Source: Malacoraja senta (taxonomy: Eukaryota). Taken from it: a stretch of DNA of 64,000 nt. Shown here in pieces: positions 1 through 12,683 of this stretch (the stretch's first letter is position 1; each line of letters begins with the position of its first letter). The notes under the pieces are model-generated. The model was not told the origin of the DNA. It searched no databases and saw only the letters and a program-made list of their open reading frames with translations. Location: positions 11,782,001 to 11,846,000 of the forward strand of contig CM075994.1 in the NCBI GenBank assembly GCA_038087875.1, written 5' to 3'. The translations under genes and the position numbers were made by a program.

Positions 1-592
1 AAGAATAAACAAGATATGAGATGGTCTGTAGTTTTTTATGAGGTGTTAATAAGGGATTGGAGTTCAATGTAAAACAACACCATGGAAGTCCATAAATTGT
101 TCGCCACCTTAGGTGGCTATTTGTCTTTAAGGTATCTTTTCTTAGATACCTTAACTTCACTTTTTTTTAAAAATCACTATATAAATTTGTATTTGCTTAG
201 TTTTTGTGTAATCAACTTTAAATCACAATTTTTCTTTCTTTATCTAAGGTACTTTTGGAGAAGGAGATGTAATATAAACTTAAAAACTTGGAATGACCAC
301 CCAACACCCAGAATTCTGAGGTATTTGTTTGCACCATATGATTCAAGAATACTACTTTGATATACAATGCAAGACGATAGACAAATAAAGAATGGAGGAA
401 TCACATTCTTTAGTTGGAATATAAGGGGTGCCAATGAACCAATAAAGAGGGGTAAAATTTTTGCTCACCTAAAATCTTTGAAAAGCGACATAATTTACTT
501 GCAAGAAACCCACATGAAACAGCAAACACAAATGAGATTAAAGGCGAAGTGGATAGGTCAAACATATTTTACTTCGGAGTCACGCGAGTGAC

Positions 593-627
593 TACGTGAA
601 GAACCCCGCCAGTGCGCCTGCGCGTCA
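593..627 (+). repeat. DIRS left inverted terminal repeat
   Basis: tacgtgaagaaccccgccagtgcgcctgcgcgtca is the reverse complement of 12684-12718. Confidence 0.95.
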
Positions 628-721
628 TTACGTCAGACGCCTTGACGCAAACGGACGTGAGGAGCAGAGCACCTCTAGTGGATTTGTAGGTTTTTTAACT
701 ACAAGGTAAGTAGAAAAGTTT

Positions 722-1783
722 TTGTTTTCCAGGTCCGTTTACTGTGGATCTGTGGGGATTTTTTCCACAGACCAACCGCCTCTAACCCTGGTACAGTCGC
801 CAGCGGTGAGCATAGCGACTGTGGACCTGGGGCTGATTAAAACACAGTCAGCGCTTGTCGGGCGAAAGGTGAAGTTTAAATCCCGACGGCCCACGGAGGA
901 GGAGTCCCAGGCAATGGAAGTAGCTCCAGGGCTAGATACTGCTTTTGAGCATATTGCCCAAATGGAAAGCCTTTTACATAGGCTGTTGGAGCAAAGTTCA
1001 CTCAGGGATGAGTGTACTGAAATCCAAGCTGCTGGAAGCAGCTCAACAGCTCCTGGTACAGGGCTGATGGAATGCACCCTCAGGGATGAGGAGCGTGCTA
1101 TGGGTCATAAGAGTTCTGACCCCGACTCTGACGGTGAGACTATACAAGGTGAAGAGCGGCAGCTGGCAGATATTCCACCACTGGCAGTACGATTCGCTGC
1201 CCCGTCAGGGTCAGGAGAGCCGTTAGGAGAAGAACTGGCCTCCTTAATAAATTACTTGGTTTCCCATCAGCTGGAACAGCAGGAGATGGATGAGACTGCA
1301 AGAAAGCATGAGACCCCAAGTAACTGTGTGTTGCTGAAAGCACCAGCAGCGAATCAAATCATCTGGAATCAGTTGAGTATGACTATGAGAACTCAAGAAT
1401 TAAAATTGCAGAGAATATTAAAGCTGCTGGGTTCTGGAATAACTGCTTTTGCCAGAATAGCGGATAAAAGCCAAGAGATGACGGAGTTGCATCAGGAAGC
1501 ACTGGGGTTGCTATGCAGCACCGACTTCGAGATCAATTGTCTAAGGAAAGGTGCTATACGGCCTACTATGAATCCGAAATTCGCAGCACTCTGCAAACCA
1601 AGTAATATACAATTACCCAACTTGCTCTTTGGAGAGGATCTCGGGAGACGTATTAAAGAGTTGGAAGATGAAGCGAAAACAGGATTGATGAAAACATCAA
1701 TGGTTGTAAAGTCTGTAAAGTTCTTTCAGACGTCATACGGATCCTGGACCAGGACCAAGTCGCTCATCAACGCAGGGACGTAG
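722..1783 (+). CDS. DIRS ORF1 (gag-like); true ATG probably ~913
   Basis: Long open ORF in the DIRS ORF1 position, ending with ...IRPTMNPKFAALC...LLFGEDL, which resembles vertebrate DIRS gag C-termini. Confidence 0.75.
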   Translation: MFSRSVYCGSVGIFSTDQPPLTLVQSPAVSIATVDLGLIKTQSALVGRKVKFKSRRPTEEESQAMEVAPGLDTAFEHIAQMESLLHRLLEQSSLRDECTEIQAAGSSSTAPGTGLMECTLRDEERAMGHKSSDPDSDGETIQGEERQLADIPPLAVRFAAPSGSGEPLGEELASLINYLVSHQLEQQEMDETARKHETPSNCVLLKAPAANQIIWNQLSMTMRTQELKLQRILKLLGSGITAFARIADKSQEMTELHQEALGLLCSTDFEINCLRKGAIRPTMNPKFAALCKPSNIQLPNLLFGEDLGRRIKELEDEAKTGLMKTSMVVKSVKFFQTSYGSWTRTKSLINAGT

Positions 1784-2142
1784 TTGGCGGCCTGCAGCGG
1801 GAGCAAGAACCGGTGGGGATGCTTCCGCGAGAACCCAGGGATCTCAGGGTACTCAAATGACTCAAGAGGTAGGTGAACCTGGTTCTCATGGGAATATACT
1901 AACCGGATTAAGTCCAAAAGTTGGAGGCAGATTACATCTCTTCTATAAAAATTGGAAGAAAATTACTTCAGATGTGGTAATTCTGAATAGTATACAAGGA
2001 TTTCGAATTGAATTCAATCCAAATTATGATTTGCCTGTCCAGCATGTTCCTAGCAGAACTCTCCACTTTGCACAAAAAGAAGTGATGGAGGTTCAAGCTG
2101 CACTTGAAACCCTATATACAAAAGGTGTTATTGAAGAATCAG

Positions 2143-3420
2143 GAAACGTTTTGACATGACTGGTGACCTCGACCTGTGCCAAGTCATCAAAAGCCTTCTA
2201 AACAACAGGCGCTTCTTCGTCCAACTAAACGACAAGAAGAGCAAATGGAAAGCCCAAAAGAATGGCCTACCACAAGGCAGCGTACTGGCCCCCCTCCTCT
2301 TCAACATCTACACCAATGACCAACCACTTCCCCCACAATGCTGCCGTTTCATCTATGCTGATGACCTCTGCATCACCACCCAACAGGAGAACTTCCAGAA
2401 GATTGAGCCTGTCCTGGAAAGCGCCCTCCAAGAGATGACAACCTACTACAATAACAACCACCTGAAACCCAACCCATCAAAAACCCAACAATGCAGCTTC
2501 TATCTTAAAAATCGAGATGCAGGAAAACAACTGAGCGTCTCATGGGATGCCCACAAACTCTCCAACCACTTTCACCCCGTGTACCTCGGAGTCACACTCG
2601 ACAGGACACTCTCTTTCAAAACCCACCTTCAGAACACCAAAGCCAAGGTAAACACTCGCAACAACATCCTGCCCAAACTGGTAAACTCAAAGTGGGGCGC
2701 TGATCCACCAACCATCCGTGCAACTGCTCTAGCCCTGTGCTTCTCCACAGCTGAATACGCGTGCTCAAGCTGGAGCCGCTCCCACCACACCAAACTGGTT
2801 GACACAGCCCTCAATGACACCTGCCGCATTATCACGGGATGCATAAACACAACGCCAGTCCCGTGCCTCTACGCCCTAGCTGGTATTGCCCCCCCCCCCC
2901 ATATCAGACGATCCATCATCGCCCAAGATGAGCGGAGAGCACAGATCGATACCATGCACCCCCTGCACAGACACACAGCACCTCCACCCCGACTGAAATC
3001 CAGAGCCAGTTTCTTGCAGACAGTCCCACCTCTCCAGACAACCAAAGAAACAGCAAGGACCAACATCTGGAAAGATGAATGGAACCAGCTCAACACACGA
3101 GCCCACGACTGGATGGAGAGGAATCACTCCGACTGAATGCCTCGCCAGCGGGCACGACCTCCCATGGCCAAACTGGAAGACCCACAACAGATTTTGAGTG
3201 GAGCAGGGGAGGTGTAAAGCACTTATGAAAGCATGGAACTACCAGGCAGAAGACACATGCAGCTGTGGAGCAGTACAGACAATGTCCCACCTACTGGAGT
3301 GTGACGACGCCCCCCAGTGCAGCCCCCAGGACCTGGCTGAACCGACTCGACCAGCTGTGACCTGCGCCAGATACTGGCAGAACGACATCTGAGATTGCAA
3401 CGGACTCGAAGAAGAAGAAA
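2143..3420 (+). mobile_element. 5'-truncated Vingi-like (I-group, no RNase H) non-LTR retrotransposon inside DIRS RT
   Basis: RT motifs GLPQGSVLAP, YADD, YLGVTLDRTL; C-terminal CSCG..QTMSHLLEC; (GAA)n tail; 13-bp TSD attgaagaatcag at 2130-2142 and 3421-3433. Confidence 0.85.
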
Positions 3421-4276
3421 ATTGAAGAATCAGTCTACCAAATTCACCAATTTGTGTCAAATGTATTCCCTCGATCAAAAAAGGATGGAGGATGTAGAAT
3501 TATTCTAGACTTGACAAGTCTGAATCCTTTTGTTCAATTTAGACATTTTAAAATGGAGACATTTGTGACTGCCAAACAACTTATTTCAGAAGCATGTTAT
3601 ATGGCAACTATAGATTTAAAAGATGCATATTATTCAGTGTCTGTTCACTCGGAAGATAGGAAGCATCTTAAATTTAAATGGATGAACCAGTTATGGCAGT
3701 TCAAAGCCCTGCCTAATGGGTTAACGTCCGCTGCCAGAATATTCACAATATTGTGAATATTGTTAAAACCAATTCTGGGGTTGCTGAGAAGCCAGGGGCA
3801 TGTACTTATGGCATACTTGGATGATGTCTTGATTATAGGAAAGACAAAACAGTCAACAGAAGCATCTGTTGCAGTTGTGAAATCAACTTTTGAAAATTTG
3901 AGGTTTCTAATTCATCCAAAGAAATCAACGTTAACACCATGTACCTCAATTGATTATTTGGGGTTCACAATTGATTCAGTTCAAATGAAAATCACTTTGC
4001 CCAGGGAAAAAAGGGTGGAGTTGGTTAAAGATTGCAGTAATCTGTTAAACGAGCAAAACCCCTCAATCAGACAGGTGGCTCGAGTACTGGGAAAATTAGT
4101 AGCAGCATTCCCAGCAGTCCATTACGGACCGTTGAGTAACTCAGCGGGCCGGCCCGTGGCCGGTCGTAACTGTCAGAGTGACTCGAGCGGTGACCGGTGA
4201 CACTGCTCCAGGACTTCGGGAGAAAGAGTAGAAATTAATGACCGACCGACCGTATGGAGAAAGATTCTAGAGGCCC

Positions 4277-5474
4277 ATGGCTTCAGGGAGTGGTGGGGAT
4301 GAGGGTGGTGGGTGGCAGAATGTAGGTAAGGAAAAGGGGGGCTCTAAGAGAGAGGCATCGAGCGAAAGACCCGAAATGTCAGGAGACGAAGGAAGTAAAG
4401 TTAGGAGAACTAGAATTATTGAAGAATTCGTCGTGCTGTTTAAAGTTAAAGGAACAAATCAAGGAGATGCAGGATTTAGAGCAGTGAATCCATTAAAAAT
4501 TACCACCGCTTTGGAGAGCCAGATAGGTAGGGATTTTCAGGCTAAGATTCTGTATAATGGGATGTTAAGAGTTTGTTGCAAAGACAGAAAACAGTTTAAT
4601 GATGCTAGGGGTGTGGGGAAGTTGGTGGTCAAGGTGGAGAGTTTGGTCCCTAGAGGAAGAGAGCAGGGAATAAAGGGAGTGGTGTATGGGATGTATGATG
4701 GCTTGTCTGAGAAGGAGATCTTAGAAAACGTTAAGGGGGCCCAGGTAATTGATGTTGTGAGATTTAAGAGTAGGAATGGAGTCAGGGACCCGCCGGTCCT
4801 GCTTAGGTTCAAAGATGGAGTACTGCCACAGAGTGTTACTTGGGAGTATGGCATATCAAGTGAGGGAGTACATTAAATCACCGTTGCGCTGCTATAACTG
4901 CCAGAGGTTTGGACATGTTGCTGGGTCTTGTCGGGGTAAAAGAAAGTGCGCAAAGTGCGGTCGAGATCATGCAATACAAAATTGCAAGGCAGAGGCTCCT
5001 AAGTGCCCTAACTGTGATGGGGATCATGCAGCAGGGTTTCATGGTTGTGAGCGCTTTGTTCAGGCGAAGCGAGTACAGGAAGTGAAGGATCAGAACAACG
5101 TGTCATATGCAGAGGCAGCTCAAAGGGTGGCTAGAGAACGCGGAGATGTGAGCGCTGGGACTAGAGTGGTGCTAGGAAGCCAGATCACTGTGCCAAACTT
5201 GCCGTCGGCTTTTCCATCTGACATGTTGATTTTTAATAAGGAGTCATTTCTGTCTTTTGATTCTGATGTGCTGGTAGGAGCTAAGAAAGCAGCTAACCGG
5301 TCAGATATCATCAGGTTAGTGGTGGGGGCAGCTGAAAGGTTCCTCAGTGTAAAGCAGTTGCCAGAAAAGTTGCATCAATACATGACGGAGAGTCAGTGTA
5401 TGGAGAGGTCACAGTTGTCGAGAGCTAGCAGTATGGAGTATGTCAGTGAGGTGGATGATGGTGATCCTCATTAA
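4277..5474 (+). pseudogene. Nimb ORF1 (nucleic-acid-binding, zinc knuckles), one frameshift near 4830
   Basis: CYNCQRFGHVAGSC, CAKCGRDHAIQNC, CPNCDGDHAAGFHGC. Confidence 0.88.
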
Positions 5475-5481
5475 CACCATA

Positions 5482-8400
5482 ATGTTTTATATACTTCAAT
5501 GGAACGCCCGGAGTCTGATTAGAAATGGTCAAGAGTTAAAGAGATTTGTTGATGAATTTAAAGAAGCACCAGAATTAATATGTATCCAAGAGACATGGTT
5601 AAAGCCCTGTCTAGATTTTGTAATCCCAGGTTATGAATGTGTGCGATTAGATAGGTCTGATAGATCAGGTGGGGGTTGTGCAACTTTTGTTAAGACTGGG
5701 TTGCAGTATAGGAAAGTTGATATTAATTCTAATCTTGAGGTTTTGGCTGTGGAAGTTTGGAGCAGCCAGAATTCTATCATTGTGATAAATGATTATAACC
5801 CCTGTCAACCCTTGATATTGTCAGATTTTGATGAGATAATGGAGAAGGTAAGGTGTCCTGTTATATGGATTGGAGATTTTAATGCGCATAATCCTTTATG
5901 GGGTAGTGATCACAGGGATAAAAATTGTGTTATTGTTGAAGAATTTCTAGACAAGTATGAGTTGGTATTGTTAAATGATGGAAGGCTGTCTAGGTATAAT
6001 ATTGTGAGAAACACCTGCAGCCACATAGATTTATCAATTGCTTCATCAAATTTAGCAAGAATTGGTGAATGGGATGTAATGGATAGATATACATTGGGTA
6101 GTGATCATTATCCAATTTTATGTAGGTTTGGTAGGGATTTGAGGAGAGAAGTGGAAAAGAAAGTCCCTAGATATAACTTTTATCAGGCCAAATGGGATAA
6201 ATTCCAAGAGAAGGCTCAAAGTTTAGTTGCAGAGGTTAATAGTGAGGGTTCTGTAGATAGTTGGAATACTTCCATTAGTCTCATGATTCATGAGGCAGCT
6301 TGTTGTACTATTCCTGTGAAGCAGGAACTTAGGTCCCGTATGTCTGTTCCTTGGTGGAATAAAGAATGTGATGAAGCTGTAAGGAATAGGAATATAGCCT
6401 GTCGAAAATTAAGAAAGTATCCAATTTTGGTCAATGCAATGGAGTACAAGCGGCTAAGGGCAGTAGCAAGACGAGTTTTAAAGGATGCAAAGAGGAATAG
6501 TTGGAGGAAGTTTTGTGGTACGCTAGGTCTGGAAACTCCAGTAAGGCATTTGTGGTCAGCTGTGCGTAGAATGTCAGGAGTATATAAAAGAAGTTTGTTA
6601 CCAGTGTTGCAGAAGGGTGAGGTGGTAGCAGTCACCAATAAGGAAAAAGCAGACATGTGTGTTGACAGTTTTCAAGCAGTGCATAGATCAGAGAGCATGG
6701 GAGTGGAGAGGTGTAGAAAGAGAACCGAGATGATGGCAGTTAATCAGTGGAAGCTGGAGAGGAGTTTAGTAAATGATAATACCTTTAATCTGTTTTTTAC
6801 CATAAAAGAGTTGAAGGATGCAATTATGTCTGGGGCAAATACCACCCCGGGGAGAGATAGGTTGTCGTATGAGTTATTTAAACATCTGGATGATACTATA
6901 CTTGATGAAATCTTAGCTTTGTTTAATACTGTGTGGGCAGAGGGTTATTTACCAAAGGAATGGAAACATGCAGTCGTGGTCTCTATTTTAAAACCGGGCA
7001 AAGAGGCATCTGATCCTAGTTCATATCGCCCTATAGCGCTCACAGCAGTGCTCTGTAAAATTATGGAGAGGATGGTAACCAACAGACTAGTTTATTTTTT
7101 AGAAACCAGAGGACTATTTGTTGATGTACAGAATGGCTTTAGGAATGGAAGGTCTACAATGGAGTCTGTATAAGTTTTGGATCAGGATATTAAAAGGGCA
7201 TTTAGAAGCAAGGAAACAGTAGTGAGTGTATTCCTTGATATTGAGAAGGCATATGATTCTTTGTGGAAGGAGGGATTAATGATTAAAATTTTTGACTTGG
7301 GAGTCAGGGGACGAATGTTCAACTGGATTAAGGATTTTTTATTGAATAGAACAATACAAGTAATGGTTGGTAGTGTCAGATCAGAGACTGTAGAAATAGA
7401 GAATGGAACCCCGCAGGGAAGTGTTATCAGTCCAGTTTTATTTAATATCATGATAAACGACATATTTTGTAAATTGGAGAGAGGATTTGGTCTGTCTTTG
7501 TTTGCAGATGACGAGGCCATCTGGAAACGAGGTTGTAATGTAGAGTTTGTTTTAAAACAGATTCAAAGAGTGTTAGTGTCTGCAGAGGAATGGGGGAACA
7601 CATGGTAGCAATGTTACAACATTTTGAGATTTAAAAAATAAAGTCTGCAATTTATCCCATCAGATAAAGCATAAAAAGAAGTTTAATTTGACACTTAATT
7701 CACTTTCATATCTTCAGTATTAAAGAAGTTATGGCCATTTTCATACTCAGAAATTAGCATCTAGTTCCCTATTGCTTTTCCATTGACTTAACACAAAAGC
7801 TGTGATCGAGGACAGTTAAAAGCCCATAACTTTCTTAAAAATTATGATAACTGAAAGAAATGTTCAGTTATTATAGATTGAAGCATTCTGAAACAAATAT
7901 GAAACAATCTTACTTCGAAGACATGAAAGCAAAGCATATAATTAGTTAGTTACCTAATTGTAGCTAATTACAAAATTCAATTACTAGATCTAAACATCTA
8001 TCAATTTCTTAAGAATAGATTAACATTTTTAAATAGCCTGTGGCCAAATAACATTCACACAATAATTCACAATATAACATAATTTTTAAATCTAATTTTC
8101 ATGAATTTACAGGCCAAATGGAAGGAATTGAATGTTTAATACCTGTAAATTAATGGGGATTTAAATCATTTTGCGAGTGAGGATTTCTGGAACGCGATCT
8201 TTTGGAACGTTCATTTGCGGTGAATTTAACCCCGTATTGGCATGAAAAATACTGCCGTTAGTTCGGGGAATAAAATCACCGTGTCGCATGAAAAAATGTG
8301 AATTAAAGGCTTCTTAAGAAGCACTTTTATACATTTAAAGAAACCACTTTCGTTTACCTGTCCCGTGTGTGAAATCCGTCCCCGTTATCGGCGTTGACGC

Positions 8401-10262
8401 TTCAGGAGCTGATTTTAAAATTACTCTAGCACTGACATTGACGATTTAATAAAAATAAAAAATACACAAATCGCCAGTAGGAACGATTTGTCAGCCAAGG
8501 CTTGTACTCCAACAAAATATTAACCAGGACAAGGGAGGAGAAACCCGCGTTTTAACCCTGCCCCCCCTTAAAGGCGCCAAAATCGCGCACACGGCCAGTG
8601 GCAGAATTACAGCGCGACTGAAGGTAAGTTTTGTAACATACCTACACATGGGAGTTTAAAATCTCTGCCTCTAAGACTAAATATATGGTATTTGGTTTTA
8701 AAAGAAAGTTACCTAAGTTAGGGCTGTATATGTATGGGTCTCTATTGGAGAAGGTAAAGGTTTTTAAGTTTTTGGGTGTTTGGTTTGAAGAGCGTATGAC
8801 TTGGGCTGTGCATGTAGGTAAAATTGTGTTGAAGTGTGAAAAAGTTCTGAATGTTATGAGAAGTCTGGTTGGGTGTGAGTGGGGGGCCAACAGGGAGATA
8901 ATGCTGCTAATTTATCAGGCCATGATCAGATCTTTTCTTGACTATGGGTGTTTTGTGTATGGGTCTGCGTCAAAACTGCTCTGGCTAGGCTAGATGTGTT
9001 GCAGGCAAAGGCTTTGAGGCTTTGCTGTGGAGCCTTCAGGACTTCCCCAGTCCCTGCCCTGATTGTTGAAATGGGAGAAATGCCCTTATGGTTAAGGCGC
9101 ATTAAGCTAGGGTTACATTACTGGGCTAAACTTTGTGGGTGTAATGATACCTTCCCAGCAAGGTGTTTGTTGCAAGAGGTTGATGATGGTAACAAATATA
9201 ACACATTTTTTGTCATTATAAATCAGTGGGCTAGGAAGCTGGGTTTGGAACAAGGGGGTATTATAGAGCATACAATAAGGCTACCTGTGCCCTATTGTGT
9301 TCTTCCTGAACTGTTTATTGAGCTTGCTTTTCTTCAGGAAAAAGATAAGCGCGAGGTGACTCCAAGAATAGTGGAATATCTTAATTCAATCAGTGAGAGC
9401 ACTTTGATTGTTATTACAGATGGATCTAAAGATCCAGTTAGTGGGAGAGCTGGGTTTGGAGTGTAGGTGGAGCAGCTTGGGTTGAAGATTGGCCGGCGCA
9501 TTTCTGATGGAAGTTCTGTTCTCATGACTGAATTAATGGCAATTCAATGGGCTCTATGGTGGATTGAGGAAGCCAGTTTTAGAGGTCATTATCTGTTCTG
9601 ATTCTGCAGCTGCTCTTGAAACTTTAAGAGTAGGGAAATCTAAAGCTCGTCCTGGCATTCTAAATTAAATCTTGAGTGTGTTTTCTAGAATTGGGTTTGC
9701 GTGTAACATCACTTTTTGCTGGGTTCCCGGGCATGCTGGGGTGAGGGGGAATGAGCAGGTGGACCTCATAGCAAAGGAGAGTTTAAGAAGAGAAATAGAT
9801 ATCCATGTATCATTGGGGAGAGTGGTACTGAGAGAAATAATTAAAGAGGGCTTAACAAAAGAATGGCAGAGAGGATGGGAAATGGAAGTCAGGGGTAGAC
9901 ACTACTTTTCTATACAATCTGAAGTTAGGAAAATATGTTTCTGTACATCTCTGTCCCGTAGGGACTCAGTTAAACTGTGTAGATTGAGGTTGGGACACTG
10001 TGGGTTAAATTACTATTTGTGCATTGTAGGGAAACATGTTTCTGGCTTGTGTGAATGTGGGAGTAATGAGACAGTTAAGCATGTTTTCCTAGAATGTAAA
10101 AAGTATAGGGTAGAAAGAAAAGTATTGTTTGTTAGACTGACAGGACTTGGAGTTGAGGCTTTTTCTGTTTTATCTTTGTTTGGACACAATGAGAAACATC
10201 AACTGATATCCAGGGATGTTCTTCAATTCCTGCAAGTTACAGGACTGTCTGTAAGAATTTAG
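5482..10262 (+). pseudogene. Nimb ORF2 (endonuclease-RT-RNase H), with stops and frameshifts, split by a MITE
   Basis: ILQWNARS, IQETW, GDFNAH, SDH; YRPIALT, FLDIEKAYD, GTPQGS, FADD; TDGSK, WVPGHAGVRGNEQVD; CECGSNETVKHVFLEC. Confidence 0.92.
7606..8644. mobile_element. Non-autonomous DNA transposon (MITE-like, ~1.04 kb) in Nimb RT
   Basis: Imperfect TIRs tagcaatgttacaa / ttgtaacataccta; 7-8 bp TSD (a)cacatgg; no ORF; removing it restores EEWGNTW-EFKIS. Confidence 0.85.
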
Positions 10263-11296
10263 TTCAAACTTTGACCTGTGGAGGGCAGTAATACGCTTAG
10301 CAGCGTCTACACTGCCGGAATCCTACAAGAAGAAGAAGTATACGGACCGTTACATTATCAACAGCTGCAGAGAGTTAAAGAACAGGCACTAAGAATGCAT
10401 ATTGGTCATTTTGATAGAACCATGCAACTAACAAATGCTGTTTCTGATCTGCAGTGGTGGATTCTACATGTCTCAAGCAGTTCCAGCAAAGTGCTGATTG
10501 AACAACCTTCCATATTACAAACTGATGCCAGTGCACTAGGATGGGGTGCAACTGACTTAGCATCTAGCTGCGGAGGCAGATGGAATCAGGAAGAGTCATT
10601 GTTACTGCAGACATGGGGAATTAACTATTTGGAGCTTTTAGGATGTTTCTATGGACTCCAAGCTTACTGTTCTAACACGACTAATAACCATGTTCAAGTT
10701 CAAATTGATAACACAACAGCAGTTGCCTATATTAATCATATGGGTGGAATCAAGTCGGTGTCATGTGACAAAATGGCTAATCAAATTTGGTCTTGGTGTA
10801 TTGAAAATAACATTTTGATTTCAGCTATCCATCTACCAGGTAGAATGAATACGATAGTAGACACCAGGTCAAGAAAGTTCCATGATAATAAAGAATGGAT
10901 GTTGAATCGAGAGGTATTCAATGACATAGTAATCAGATTTGGAATGCCAGACATCGACTTGTTCGCATCTGGACTGAATCATCAACTATCGAGATATGTC
11001 TCATGGGAACCAGATCCAGGAGCAGTGGCGATTGATGCTTTCTCGCTACGTTGGGGTGGTATGTTTTCATATATATTTCCACCTTTCTGCCTCATAAGCC
11101 GACATTTGCTTAAAATCAGGCAAGATGCTGCTTCAGGGGTATTAGTAGTACCAGATTGGTCTACACAGCCATGGTATTCGTTGATATTAGAATTAACAAC
11201 ACAAAAGTTGATGAAAGTCCCAAAAATAAGTAATCTATTGCTGCACCCTGTAACAGGGGAACAACATCCATTATATGATCGTTTGGATTTGTTAAT

Positions 11297-12278
11297 TTGC
11301 AGGTTTTAAGAAGGCCTTTTCTGGGGCGAGGACTGTCTGAGCGTACTGTGGACATGCTTATGGCAGCCTGGAGGAAGAGCACTCAAAAACAGTACCTTTC
11401 TTATATTAAGAAATGGGAAGAGTTCTGCGTACAAAAGAATGTGCAATATAGTAATGCAGATATTTCAAATGTTTTAGAATTTCTGTCAAAACTTTATTAT
11501 GATGAAGGTTTCAGTTATAGTGCAATTAATTCAGCCAGAAGTGCATTGTCCTCATATTTGGTTCTGGATTCAGAAAGAAACTCAATTGGGTCACACCCAC
11601 TTGTTTCCAGACTAATGAAAGGAATCTTTAATTACAAACCTCCGAAACCTAGGTACATGACAATCTGGGATGTAAGTGTGGTACTGAAACTACTTCGTGA
11701 ATGGTCACCAAGTGTGTCTTTACCTTTGGCCAAGCTCAGTATGAAAGTAGTCATGCTTATGGCATTAGTGACAGCACAACGAGTGCAAACACTTGGAAAA
11801 TTACAAATAAGACAGGATGGAAGTACTGAAGACAAGTTTACATTCTATATCTGTGACCTACTAAAGCAAAGTAGGCCAGGTGTGACAGGATTTAAAATTG
11901 TGCTAGCAGCATATCCAAATGATCCTTGTCTCTGTGTTAAGACATATTTGTTACAATACATTGAGGTCACAAAGAATTTCAGAAATACGGAAACTGGGTT
12001 GTTTATCACACACAAGAAACCACACAAGAGAGTTTCAGTACAGACCATTTCCAGATGGATAAAAGAAGTCTTAACAGCTGCTGGTATTAACACTGATGTT
12101 TTTACGTCTCACTCGTCTAGGGCAGCAGCAACGTCGGTGGCCAGGGCGAAAGACGTCCCCGTCGACCATATCCTCGCAGCCGCCGGGGTGGTCCAATGAG
12201 TTGATGTTTCAACATTTTTACCATCGGCCTATTATTAATACGGGATTGTTTGCAGAAACTATTTTAAGTTCTGTGTAA
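11297..12278 (+). pseudogene. DIRS tyrosine recombinase, single frameshift near 12185
   Basis: SAM-like N-terminus (YSAINSARSALS); catalytic R (AQRVQTL), HSSR and the AAG-W-S...FQHFY tyrosine motif, the last in a shifted frame. Confidence 0.92.
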
Positions 12279-12446
12279 ATTCCTCTGGTTTAAAGGGGAT
12301 CCGATTAATTTCATTATTAAAATGAATTACTGCATTTGTGGTACAAATGTTATTATGAATGCACGATTGATTATTCTCGTTCCGAGTCAATCAATGCAGT
12401 GAGAAGCCGGGATTGATCTACAGCATGAAATCACAAGGCTTTAAAA

Positions 12447-12560
12447 TCTTCACGTTGTCACTCACGTGACTCCGAAGTAAAATAGTAAGATTAAACGAGA
12501 ACTTACCTAAGTTTGAAGTTTGATCTTTATTTTATGAGGAGTTACGTAGGTGATTACGTG
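12447..12560 (+). repeat. DIRS internal complementary region (ICR)
   Basis: 12447-12482 is complementary to the element 5' end (567-602); 12483-12560 is complementary to the 3' end (12713-12790, one mismatch). Confidence 0.95.
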
Positions 12561-12683
12561 CCCACCACGACCCTACCCTCTATCATAAAGGTCAGATGGA
12601 AGTTCTTGTATTACTCATTTTATTATGAGACTATATTACTTCGGTTGTTGTTTTTTGTGATTTCGCACCGCTGCTTTGAAGAT

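Larger units (their letters stand above)
4134..10340 (+). mobile_element. Full-length Nimb/I-clade LINE inside DIRS pol
   Basis: 11-bp TSD tacggaccgtt at 4123-4133 and 10341-10351; ORF1 with three CCHC knuckles; ORF2 EN-RT-RNaseH-CCHC; 3' end ...cctacaagaagaagaag. Confidence 0.92.
1857..11309 (+). pseudogene. DIRS pol: RT (1857-2142, 3434-4133), RNase H and Dam-like methyltransferase (10352-11309); split by Vingi and Nimb insertions
   Basis: VGGRLHLF..W; KKDGGCRIILDL; IDLKDAYY; YLDD; TDASALGWG; INYLELL; DNTTAVAYIN; DIDLFAS...DAF...YIFPPF. Confidence 0.92.

Noticed and set aside
11297..12278. Phage integrase or prophage, with adjacent methyltransferase as a restriction-modification system
   Set aside because: Both domains lie within a DIRS element with ITRs, ICR and RT; they are standard DIRS components.
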